IMG/VR virus record: IMGVR_UViG_3300032299_000921
Location: 1 to 57,383 of that record
Reading direction: 5' to 3' (one strand)
From: a virus
Taxonomy: Duplodnaviria > Caudoviricetes
Length of the DNA: 57,383 nt
This document shows, in pieces, positions 44,112 to 52,655 of the stretch; the stretch's first letter is position 1, and each line of letters begins with the position of its first letter. Both the position numbers and the translations under genes were made by a program. Under the pieces are notes generated by a model, which saw nothing but the letters and a program-made list of their open reading frames with translations, made no database searches and was not told where the DNA came from.

Positions 44112-44608
44112 TAAATATTAGCGAGTTTTTGAGTTTGATATTCTCGTTGGTAGTTCTGCATAACTGCAACGCCAAAGTCTTTGATGTATCTACGAGTGTA
44201 CTTCCATCCGATATAGGCTACTAACATACGTTCCCAATCATCAGGCAGAATTATATTGTCATCGCTGTCTGTTCTGAGACCCAAATATCTTATTTCTATT
44301 TTTGTACCATCTGCAATACCCTCAGAAGAATTAAATATAAGTGTATCCCCTTGAATGGTGTAATCAATATCTGGACAATAAACTTGTTCTGTACCACACA
44401 AACTAATAGACTTTATTTTAGACCATCCATCAGGCATAGTCCCTTTACTATCAAAAATCTCAATGACTTTTGATTTGTCTGTTAATTTTCTCATTGTCTT
44501 ATGAGAACGTATTGCTTGATTAACAAGAACCTCAAACCACAAAGCATTTGCTTCATAACTAGAGTTTAACTCTTCACAAGCAGCTGATATTACATCATCT
44601 ATTTTCAT
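44111..44608 (-). CDS. Tail ring / head-tail connector protein
   Basis: Synteny; IEIRYLGLRTDSDDNIILPD...LVAYI pattern. Confidence 0.65.
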   Translation of the reverse strand: MKIDDVISAACEELNSSYEANALWFEVLVNQAIRSHKTMRKLTDKSKVIEIFDSKGTMPDGWSKIKSISLCGTEQVYCPDIDYTIQGDTLIFNSSEGIADGTKIEIRYLGLRTDSDDNIILPDDWERMLVAYIGWKYTRRYIKDFGVAVMQNYQREYQTQKLANI

Positions 44609-45246
44609 TATCTAGGTATCTCTGTTTGATTACTTAAAGCAGGTTCAACAGGGCGTTGAGTTTTTCTCAATAAATCATTTGAGACAAGCTCTACTATCTC
44701 TCGTTTTAGATTTGCATCTACCGGATAGTGATCGATTGTTTTATCAAAATTAGGTATGGTTGTAGGGTTGTTAAACATTGCTCTAACAGTTACATATTGC
44801 AACTTGTTGTTGTTGTAAAAATACAATAACATATTGTTTTGCTCTATGTGTTTAAAATCCCACATAATCTCTTTCTTCTTAGCGAAGATAGAATGCCTAG
44901 TTAAAGTACTATAACCCTTTCTAATTCTAGGAAATGGTTTGAATCCATTGACATGACCAACATATACAAAGCCATCATTGTGCCCATCTACAGAAATAAC
45001 ATTGGGACATTCAAAAGTCACAAAGTCACAATCCTTTTCAAAACCTTGAAAAGAAATATCCAATGTCTGAACCCAAGAATCATTTATAAACTTACCCACC
45101 TTTATCATATACTGACCGATGAGAGTAGCTCTTGCGTTATGTATTTTTGACTCTAGGTATTGATCATCAAAACGACTATCGTTATAACCCATTCCGCTGT
45201 TTAAGTCATTGCGGATTTCTTCTACTATTTCTTTTAATAGGATCAT
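44608..45246 (-). CDS. Tail ring protein
   Basis: Synteny; RATLI..Y, VRAMFNNP, YPVD pattern. Confidence 0.65.
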   Translation of the reverse strand: MILLKEIVEEIRNDLNSGMGYNDSRFDDQYLESKIHNARATLIGQYMIKVGKFINDSWVQTLDISFQGFEKDCDFVTFECPNVISVDGHNDGFVYVGHVNGFKPFPRIRKGYSTLTRHSIFAKKKEIMWDFKHIEQNNMLLYFYNNNKLQYVTVRAMFNNPTTIPNFDKTIDHYPVDANLKREIVELVSNDLLRKTQRPVEPALSNQTEIPR

Positions 45247-46034
45247 GGATTTTCAATTATATCTTGTTGAGCCATTTGACGAGTTGCCATATCTTTCGTC
45301 TGAGTCCCAAAATTAAGCACGCACTCGTCCATAAGACGATAAAGGAATTTACTAGAATAGTAATCCTCAAGAGTCGTAACTGTGTTTGCAACATCAATAG
45401 TTAATGGAGCAGTTCTTATGTAATCTACATCAATAGATGCTAAGTTTGCTGAAGGGGAAATTTTAAAAGACTTAGGAGTAGAAGTCCCATCAGTTTGGGG
45501 CTCAAACCTAGGTGTAACTATATCAGCTTTGTGAAACGGACTACCCTTTCTATCTGATTGCATTTGCTTTGCTTCTCTAGAAACAACACGAAAATAAGTA
45601 CCTGTGGCCAAACCTCCGGTACTTAAAGTAAACGTATCTCCTTTGACTTTTGTAACTGTATAACTTGTCGAACTGAACTTAACAGTATCTCCTTTACGAA
45701 GTGTGTGATTTGCAGATGTATACGTACTTCCAGAAACAGCAGTTACTGCAAATGGAACTTCATAGTTTGTAACCATATACATTATATGCATATAGTTAGG
45801 AAGTAATGTATTTATTTTAACTACACCTGCAACAGGAATTACATTCTGACCTTTTACTAAAAAAGGCATCATTTCATCAGCATCAACTTCTAATGATTCT
45901 CTACGCCAATACTTATCTACGAGACGTTGCATTGTCTCTTTAATCAAGGAATTAGCCTTGGTATTATCTAAATAAGCAGAGTAAGCCTTATCTATTTTTT
46001 GTTGCAGATATGACCAAAATTGTGCACCAGTCAT
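45243..46034 (-). CDS. Tail ring/adaptor protein with inserted beta module
   Basis: Synteny; QKIDK, VDYIRTAP; internal SANHTLRKGDTV...YTVTKVKGDTFTL. Confidence 0.6.
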   Translation of the reverse strand: MTGAQFWSYLQQKIDKAYSAYLDNTKANSLIKETMQRLVDKYWRRESLEVDADEMMPFLVKGQNVIPVAGVVKINTLLPNYMHIMYMVTNYEVPFAVTAVSGSTYTSANHTLRKGDTVKFSSTSYTVTKVKGDTFTLSTGGLATGTYFRVVSREAKQMQSDRKGSPFHKADIVTPRFEPQTDGTSTPKSFKISPSANLASIDVDYIRTAPLTIDVANTVTTLEDYYSSKFLYRLMDECVLNFGTQTKDMATRQMAQQDIIENP

Positions 46035-46038
46035 TAAT

Positions 46039-46046
46039 CAAAGATA
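46039..46046 (-). promoter_or_regulatory. Bacteroidota -7 promoter box TATCTTTG
   Basis: 4 nt upstream of ATG 46034, just downstream of a terminator. Confidence 0.65.
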
Positions 46047-46064
46047 CAAAATTTCAAAGAAAAT

Positions 46065-46088
46065 AAAAAATGGGGGTCGAGACCCCCA
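46065..46088 (-). terminator. Intrinsic terminator
   Basis: TGGGGGTC/GACCCCCA hairpin (46071-46088) with a T run on the minus strand. Confidence 0.8.
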
Positions 46089-46096
46089 CTCTTAAA

Positions 46097-46939
46097 CTAT
46101 TTTCTAGTAATTCTTTTCTTTTCAGTTGCTGAATTTACCGGAAGAAGGTTTAATATTTCTTCTGGTATTTCTAATTCTTTATCTAGATTACTAACAATTA
46201 TTTGTTCTTTTTCTCTTTTATCTACCTCAGGTTTGATGTAATTTTCAAAAAGATCATTGTCAGACAATAACATCGCATAAACAGAATCAATAGAAGCACC
46301 TAAGTTTCTACCTCCTACTTTATAGACAGATTGTTCTTTAGCAATAACACCATACGATACTGCTTTATTTGCATAAATAGCAGCCTCTTTTTCATTCTGT
46401 TTGATGTTAATGAAATTTCTAACTTCGTCTCTTTTAGCAATAGCGATACCTCCCAAAGTCATACCAACAAGATTTAAATACAATTCTTTTTCAGACATAT
46501 CTCTTGGATCTCCACCTAACGCAAAACACAAGTTGAATCTTTCTAAAAGATTCATATTCGAAATAATCGAAACGGTTTCTAGTTTTGACATTAGGGCTTC
46601 ATAATCACTTGAAACTTTTTCTTCTTTAATCTCAAAAATAAATTGTTCAGAAATAAAATTTCTATTGCTAAATCCTTCTGTTCTAACCAAAGGATGTTTT
46701 TTCCAAAAATCAATTACTGCTTTTTGAGCAAAGTCTTCAACATCCAAAGTGATAATCAATGGATAACCATTTTGAAACGTGTGTTGAAAAACTCTATCTG
46801 TTTCATCGATAGAAGTCAATACTTTCTTTCCAGAATGATTTAAGAAATACTCTTTATCGGAATCTCTATCTCTGTAAGATCCGACAATTGTTACGTTTCC
46901 TTTTGTACTCAAAGGAATAATTTGTGCTTTGATAATCAT
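46097..46939 (-). CDS. Conserved structural-module protein of unknown function
   Basis: 280-aa ORF between capsid and ring genes with its own promoter and terminator. Confidence 0.6.
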   Translation of the reverse strand: MIIKAQIIPLSTKGNVTIVGSYRDRDSDKEYFLNHSGKKVLTSIDETDRVFQHTFQNGYPLIITLDVEDFAQKAVIDFWKKHPLVRTEGFSNRNFISEQFIFEIKEEKVSSDYEALMSKLETVSIISNMNLLERFNLCFALGGDPRDMSEKELYLNLVGMTLGGIAIAKRDEVRNFINIKQNEKEAAIYANKAVSYGVIAKEQSVYKVGGRNLGASIDSVYAMLLSDNDLFENYIKPEVDKREKEQIIVSNLDKELEIPEEILNLLPVNSATEKKRITRK

Positions 46940-46951
46940 AATATTTTTTTA

Positions 46952-46959
46952 CAAATATA
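46952..46959 (-). promoter_or_regulatory. Bacteroidota -7 promoter box TATATTTG
   Basis: 12 nt upstream of ATG 46939. Confidence 0.6.
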
Positions 46960-46979
46960 AATTATTTTATTCGTTAAAT

Positions 46980-47015
46980 AAAAAAAATAGGGAGATTTTA
47001 ACCCTCCCTATTTTT
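46980..47015 (-). terminator. Intrinsic terminator after capsid genes
   Basis: AAAAATAGGGAG-loop-CTCCCTATTTTT inverted repeat. Confidence 0.85.
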
Positions 47016-47030
47016 AAGTTTAGTTATTTA

Positions 47031-47801
47031 TTATTTAACTAATAAACTAGAAAGTGCAGTAATAAGTGCTGCCCAGTTATTTGTTCCACTAGTGAAGTTA
47101 AAATATATTGTATATTTTTCTTCTGCACCAGAACCTAATACGCTTTCACCTTGATTTTTTACTTCAAAAGTCATAACGCTATAAACTTGCCCACTAACAG
47201 GTTTTCCTGTTTCTGTAGTAAATAAGTTAGTTGCTAATAAATCAGCTCCTTTAGCACCGTATTCTGGAGAACCAGCAGTACCAACAGCAGCAGATAAGTT
47301 TGGTCCACCAGCAGCATTAAAGATTGGATGAGTAGCTTTTGCAGTAATAGTCAATACCTCACTACCAGCAGCACCAGTTGAAGAGGCAGCTACACGATTA
47401 GTCCAATAAGGGTGCTTGTTAATTGCAGAAATAAATGCGTTAACAATTGTCTCACGAGAACCACCAGAAGCAGGGGTTGTGTGTGTAAACACACTCTGTA
47501 CTTCGTTTGGTAAGTTATTGCTAAACTCTTGTCCTTTTTCTGCACTCAATACAACACGATAATCAGTTGAGTTAACAACAGTAGGAGTAATGTTAACAAT
47601 ACGAAGTACTTCAGCAGCATATTGTTTAAAACTACCATTTTTAATTGCGTGCAACTGAAAAGGAAAGTTTCTCAATGCAGAAGGAAGACCAGCTAATGCT
47701 TGTGTTCCACCTATTGAAATGTAACCACCTTTATTTACAGCAGTACCATCGTTTGCACTAGGGTTAGCTGCTAAACAGAAATATTTTTGATTCATTGACA
47801 T
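47031..47801 (-). CDS. Putative auxiliary capsid (decoration) protein
   Basis: Directly follows the MCP, before a terminator; A/G/T-rich beta protein. Confidence 0.6.
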   Translation of the reverse strand: MSMNQKYFCLAANPSANDGTAVNKGGYISIGGTQALAGLPSALRNFPFQLHAIKNGSFKQYAAEVLRIVNITPTVVNSTDYRVVLSAEKGQEFSNNLPNEVQSVFTHTTPASGGSRETIVNAFISAINKHPYWTNRVAASSTGAAGSEVLTITAKATHPIFNAAGGPNLSAAVGTAGSPEYGAKGADLLATNLFTTETGKPVSGQVYSVMTFEVKNQGESVLGSGAEEKYTIYFNFTSGTNNWAALITALSSLLVK

Positions 47802-47812
47802 AGTAATAAATA

Positions 47813-49159
47813 TTAATTAGCGAATTCAATCAAACCACAACGGTCTGCAAGAACATACAAACCACAATCTGACAAGATGTGGAAGTCAACTCCATCAACG
47901 TCTGAAGTACCCAAAGATACTGACTGACCACCACTCAAAGCAGCTTTAATAGTTGAAGGATCGCTAGACTCAAGACCAATCATACCAGGAACGTAGTTAG
48001 CGATTAACTCATCTTGATTGAAGTGATACTTCTGAAGAGTAGCGATAGTTCCAGAACCATCAGCAGCAGGAGTAGGAGTTAAATCCACAAAGTAAATAGA
48101 GTTACTCATTTTAGGTTTACCATTGATGGTAGAAAGTTCACCACGGAACATTTCGTCATCCAATAAAGCCCAACGAACGAATTCAATCTCAATACCAGCG
48201 TAAGCATACTTCATCACGTTCAAACCACTTACTGAAGTTCCACCTAAAGTGTTGGCAGTACCAGCAAATTTGATGTAGTCACCCAAGATAGTTTGCAAAC
48301 GAGCTAAAGCAGCAGAACCCATCAAAGCGACAAGTTTACGTCCACCTTCAGCAGATACACGAACCATTTGCTCCAAGAAGTCATTGAACACAGTCTGAGT
48401 TAACTCAGAAGTCAAAGACAAGTAAGAACCGCCATTGTTGATGATTGACCAACGCAAACCACCAGTAGTATAATACTCACCCATAGGACCTTGCTTGATA
48501 GCACGCTCAGAAAAAGCATATTTGTACTCCAACTGTTTAGCGAAAGCCTTCAAAGTCAAATCATCATATGATCTCCACCAAAAATCGCCATTCCACTTTA
48601 CGAAAGAAGAAATACGATCTCTACGAGATTGGTGTGAACTTTCACGAGTTACCGCAGTCAAAGCATAATCGGTATCAGGAGTGTAGTTCAAAGTGCTCTT
48701 ACCACTAGAAGAACGGTTAGCAGAAGCATCAAAGAAACGCTTTGCTTGAGTATTAGCTAAGAAGTGAGTACCAGCAGTTAAAGATGATGTGCTATGAGGA
48801 GCAAGAATTAAACTATTTCCTGTTGTATCAACATTAACCACAATACCTTGAACTAAATTACCATCAGCAACGATGTCACCAATACGGAATTTACTAGCAT
48901 CTAATACAGCTACACTTAATCCACCATTACCAGAAGCAGTTCCATTTACTACAATTTTAGAATAAACACCCAAGTTACCTAAAGAGCTGATTTCTACTTT
49001 ACTTTGAGGAGTAGAGATAGAAGGAGCTAATTTAGAAGTCAACTGGGTCAATACGTTATACCCGTAATCTTGGGCATAAACCATCGCCATTTTATTAGGC
49101 AATGAAAGTCCTTTAAGCAAAAGTGATTGACTTAAAGGCAGATTTGAGATAGTTGCCAT
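47813..49159 (-). CDS. Major capsid protein
   Basis: 448 aa after portal and scaffold; TTGGLRWSI, DGVDFHILSDCGL; strongly biased codons. Confidence 0.8.
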   Translation of the reverse strand: MATISNLPLSQSLLLKGLSLPNKMAMVYAQDYGYNVLTQLTSKLAPSISTPQSKVEISSLGNLGVYSKIVVNGTASGNGGLSVAVLDASKFRIGDIVADGNLVQGIVVNVDTTGNSLILAPHSTSSLTAGTHFLANTQAKRFFDASANRSSSGKSTLNYTPDTDYALTAVTRESSHQSRRDRISSFVKWNGDFWWRSYDDLTLKAFAKQLEYKYAFSERAIKQGPMGEYYTTGGLRWSIINNGGSYLSLTSELTQTVFNDFLEQMVRVSAEGGRKLVALMGSAALARLQTILGDYIKFAGTANTLGGTSVSGLNVMKYAYAGIEIEFVRWALLDDEMFRGELSTINGKPKMSNSIYFVDLTPTPAADGSGTIATLQKYHFNQDELIANYVPGMIGLESSDPSTIKAALSGGQSVSLGTSDVDGVDFHILSDCGLYVLADRCGLIEFAN

Positions 49160-49185
49160 TTATTTTTTATTTTTTTGTTTTCCCT

Positions 49186-50136
49186 TTAACCTGGGAATAA
49201 GGTTGAAAAGGCTTCTTGAACAGCCTCAAGACCAGAACTAACAATCTTTCCAGAATTAGAATAATTTTTTGAAGGATTAGTTACTTCTTTTATAACTTGT
49301 TCCTTACCTTCATTCTTAGCTTTTGTAATGTTAGCCTTTACTAAATCCGCTCCATAGTTTAACCATAGAGCGACACTATACATTTTCTCAACATCAATAG
49401 AACCATCTTTTCTTGTCATTGTGAAATCTTTCTCTAAATAGCTTTTTAAATTTTTCGACATTTCGTCTGTAATTTTTAAACCAAATAGTTCTTTTTCAGC
49501 AAGATTCGTAGAGAATTCTTCTAAATCTGTATGATACTTATCGACAATGGCTTTTGCTTTTAAGTCTGATTCATTATTAGATTGAGTAAGTTGTTTCAAC
49601 TTATCTTCATTCTTTTTTTGAAACTTTTCTTTAAAGTTTTCAACCAATTGTTTCTTTTGGAATAGAGATGAATTCTTGTAATCGTAAAGAGCTTGTTCAG
49701 TTTCTTCCTCTGTCAAATTCATAAAATTCTTCAGACCTTCTTCTACAATTTTTTCATCTCCCCAAGATGAAGTATCTTCAACTTGGTATTCTTTGATGAA
49801 ATCAGCCAAAGTTTTTCCGCTTTTTTTGTATTCCATCAAAAGCTTCATTTCTTCGTCTAATTCAATTTCCGGAGCTTTAGTTTCAGTTTGAGTTTGATTC
49901 TCAACTTTCTCTTCAGACTCATTTTTCTTTTCCCACCAAGGAGTTTCGTCTTGCTCCGTATTATTTGTTTGCGTTACTGAATCAGTAATCTGATCATTAA
50001 CTGCATTTGTTTTTTCAGAGGTTTCAACAGAAGTTTCTTCTGTCTTACCCTCTGGAGTATTTTGATTTTGGTTAGTTGTAACAGTTTGATTTCTCAATTC
50101 TTCTGCTATCTCTCCAAACAATTGTTCGTTACTCAT
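49186..50136 (-). CDS. Putative scaffolding protein
   Basis: Acidic disordered N-terminus and coiled coil, between portal and MCP. Confidence 0.7.
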   Translation of the reverse strand: MSNEQLFGEIAEELRNQTVTTNQNQNTPEGKTEETSVETSEKTNAVNDQITDSVTQTNNTEQDETPWWEKKNESEEKVENQTQTETKAPEIELDEEMKLLMEYKKSGKTLADFIKEYQVEDTSSWGDEKIVEEGLKNFMNLTEEETEQALYDYKNSSLFQKKQLVENFKEKFQKKNEDKLKQLTQSNNESDLKAKAIVDKYHTDLEEFSTNLAEKELFGLKITDEMSKNLKSYLEKDFTMTRKDGSIDVEKMYSVALWLNYGADLVKANITKAKNEGKEQVIKEVTNPSKNYSNSGKIVSSGLEAVQEAFSTLFPG

Positions 50137-50143
50137 ATGTATA

Positions 50144-50151
50144 CAAAATTA
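50144..50151 (-). promoter_or_regulatory. Bacteroidota -7 promoter box TAATTTTG
   Basis: 7 nt upstream of ATG 50136. Confidence 0.55.
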
Positions 50152-50177
50152 TATTATTATTTCTAAAAATCAAAATT

Positions 50178-52346
50178 TTATATTTGTTGACCTAATTGCT
50201 GCTGCTGTTGTTGTTGCTGTTGCTGTTGTTGCTGTTCTAATTGACGATCTTGACGGAAATTAGCATTCTCTTCACGCATTGCTGCTTGTTCTGCTTGAGC
50301 TGCCATTTGTTGTTGCTGTTGCATCATTGCCATCATTTGTTGTTGCTGTCTAACTTTTTCAGCCTCACGCATCTTTCTTCCGATGCTGTATTGCAACTCG
50401 TTCAAAGCCTCAGTATATGTTTTAGATTGCTCTACTTTAATATAATCAATAAAGTCAATCATTTGATTTTGCATTGCTGCTTGGGCTTGCATTAACAAAC
50501 GTTCACGAGCTTGCTCATCAATAAAGTCTTTAATCTTAATGTATACTCCTAGTTCTTCAAAACCAAAGTCTTTTGTTAATTTGACATAGTTCATTCCGTG
50601 AGTCCCAACCACACCCATAGTTGTCTCTTCATCAGAATCGATAAGACTTAACTTAAACTGATTAAGAGCGTGTGCTAATTGTTTCTCAATGAAACGAATA
50701 AATCCTTGATACAAATAAGCAGTTCCCAAGTTGGATTGTGCAATAGTACCAGCTTGTGTTTTAGCACCTACGTAACCACCTTGTTGACCAAGAGCAATCT
50801 TTGGAATATTTACAATCTCTTCCATCAAACGCTCTTCTTCTCTTCTTAGTGCAACAAGTTGCTGCACATTTGCATCGAGTGTCATATCAACTACTTCAAC
50901 CAAACGAGCATCTTGCCCGGCAACAAAATCTTCTCCGGTAGCAGAGCCATCTGTGATGTGGATACCCATTCTTTCAAAATCGCTGATAACATCTTGTGCT
51001 GTTGAACTACCGAGTTTTTGTCGGTTAATCAAGAATACTTTTCCTTTTGCACGAGTCATCATCTTAGTAATTTCGTTTGTAATGAAATCAATACGATCTT
51101 GATGCTGATGCAAACGAGAAACAACGGAGCGATTTTCACCCAATACCATGTTAGGCATAAATACCTTGATTGGCATTTCTACATCTCCAGGATTATCGAG
51201 TTTACGAACTATGTTGTTTTCTTCTCCGTAATCTACTACATAACGATTACCGATTAGAATTGCTTTATTGACAGTCTTTGTCCAAAAAGAACCTTTTTTA
51301 TTCTTACGCATTTTAGCGTAATGCACGTTACCAAATTTATCTTGATTCTTTTCATACTTCAAATCTTTCATACCTACCCAATAGCCAGTTACTACTGCAA
51401 TCATTGGAACAGAATTGTAAGTAAAAGCCCAAGTAGTTGCATATGGGTGAGTAGTCAAGTCTAACAACTGATACAAGTTGTTACTATTAATTTTTTTGAT
51501 TTCCTCAATTTCTTCAGTAGTCAAGAAATCTTTATATCGTTCGATGATGTCAGTAGTTGGCATATAGTCAACAACACCAACGAATCGGGACTCAGATAAG
51601 AAATCGTCATCTTTACTCCTATCAACAATTAAGTTATGAGGAAGAATAACATCAAAATATTGCTTTCCGTTTTCTATACGATTGTGAATACCAACATAAC
51701 CTCCAAGTAAGGTATAAAGAAACGCTTGTTTGTATTTATCTTGAAAACTATTTCTATTTAAAATGTCTTCTACAATTCGAGTAGCAATTATATCTCCTTG
51801 TTCTTTGTAATCGTATTCCATAAAACGATACAAGTCCTCTGGAGTTTCAATTTGTTGAGGTACATCAGAAAGAGGTTCAAATTGCATTCCTGTCAATTCA
51901 GCAACCTCTTCAAAAAATTCTCTGAATTGTAAACGAACTAATGCAAGTTCCAAAAGTTGTTGTTTTCTTTCAACTGCTGGTTTTGAAATAATTTTTGTAG
52001 TAGGCTCAAGATTCTCCAGTATGTTAATAGCATTACCAACCATGTAATCAATCAATGATGTGATTTTTTGACCATTGATCCATACACTAGGTAAATCACA
52101 ATTGTTCTGATCTTGAGTAGTGTAGTAATAATCTTTGTTGTATTGTCTCCCTAGATAGTAACTAAACATTCTTACTATTTCGTCAACTGGATTTTCTATA
52201 TCCTCCACTCTTTTGATTCTATTGGTCCTGTCATTTCTTTTATTGAAATGGGACATAATGAATTGGACGTTTTCTTTGAACCAATCCTTATTTTTCTCCT
52301 CATTGGATAAAAATTGATTAGGTTGGTTTCTAATTGTATATGCCAT
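50178..52346 (-). CDS. Portal protein (crAss-like)
   Basis: PNQFLSNEEKNKDWF N-terminus, EEIVNIPKIALGQ, Q/M-rich C-terminal barrel; heads the capsid cluster. Confidence 0.85.
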   Translation of the reverse strand: MAYTIRNQPNQFLSNEEKNKDWFKENVQFIMSHFNKRNDRTNRIKRVEDIENPVDEIVRMFSYYLGRQYNKDYYYTTQDQNNCDLPSVWINGQKITSLIDYMVGNAINILENLEPTTKIISKPAVERKQQLLELALVRLQFREFFEEVAELTGMQFEPLSDVPQQIETPEDLYRFMEYDYKEQGDIIATRIVEDILNRNSFQDKYKQAFLYTLLGGYVGIHNRIENGKQYFDVILPHNLIVDRSKDDDFLSESRFVGVVDYMPTTDIIERYKDFLTTEEIEEIKKINSNNLYQLLDLTTHPYATTWAFTYNSVPMIAVVTGYWVGMKDLKYEKNQDKFGNVHYAKMRKNKKGSFWTKTVNKAILIGNRYVVDYGEENNIVRKLDNPGDVEMPIKVFMPNMVLGENRSVVSRLHQHQDRIDFITNEITKMMTRAKGKVFLINRQKLGSSTAQDVISDFERMGIHITDGSATGEDFVAGQDARLVEVVDMTLDANVQQLVALRREEERLMEEIVNIPKIALGQQGGYVGAKTQAGTIAQSNLGTAYLYQGFIRFIEKQLAHALNQFKLSLIDSDEETTMGVVGTHGMNYVKLTKDFGFEELGVYIKIKDFIDEQARERLLMQAQAAMQNQMIDFIDYIKVEQSKTYTEALNELQYSIGRKMREAEKVRQQQQMMAMMQQQQQMAAQAEQAAMREENANFRQDRQLEQQQQQQQQQQQQQLGQQI
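50196..50234 (-). repeat. (CAA/CAG)13 poly-Gln tract at portal C-terminus
   Basis: 13 consecutive Gln codons, mixed CAA/CAG. Confidence 0.9.
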
Positions 52347-52352
52347 TGATTA

Positions 52353-52360
52353 CAAATTTA
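52353..52360 (-). promoter_or_regulatory. Bacteroidota -7 promoter box TAAATTTG
   Basis: 6 nt upstream of the portal ATG. Confidence 0.65.
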
Positions 52361-52371
52361 TGCAAAAAGAA

Positions 52372-52418
52372 TAAAAAAAAGAAATGCCCTTTTTTTAAAG
52401 AGCATAGTTAGGGCATTT
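52372..52418 (-). terminator. Intrinsic terminator-like hairpin
   Basis: AAATGCCCT...AGGGCATTT (52382-52418) followed by CTTTTTTTT on the minus strand. Confidence 0.7.
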
Positions 52419-52630
52419 AGATAATTACTCTTAGTACTAGTTACTCCGAGAACAACAATGCATCTGCTTACGGAACCAGAAATAAACCATACCCCCCTTT
52501 CCCCCCTTTCCAAAAAAGCCATTTTGACTTTTAAGAAAATTGGTTAAGGTCGGGCTGGTTGATTCCGCAAGTCTCACCTGCTTTACTCACCAGACGGTTT
52601 CTAACATACCCCCATTACAAAGTCCACCGT
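52372..52630 (-). ncRNA. Candidate structured non-coding RNA (~255 nt)
   Basis: Own TATATTTG box and terminator; several helices whose mismatches are G-U pairs on the minus strand. Confidence 0.5.
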
Positions 52631-52634
52631 ATTG

Positions 52635-52642
52635 CAAATATA
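52635..52642 (-). promoter_or_regulatory. Bacteroidota -7 promoter box TATATTTG
   Basis: Consensus match with no adjacent protein start. Confidence 0.6.
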
Positions 52643-52655
52643 ATATCAAAAAAAA

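Noticed and set aside
52358-52522. 54-aa minus-strand ORF (MAFLERGERG...) in the portal-upstream gap
   Set aside because: It runs through the terminator hairpin and T tract, and its composition follows the G-tracts; more likely incidental, but not excluded.
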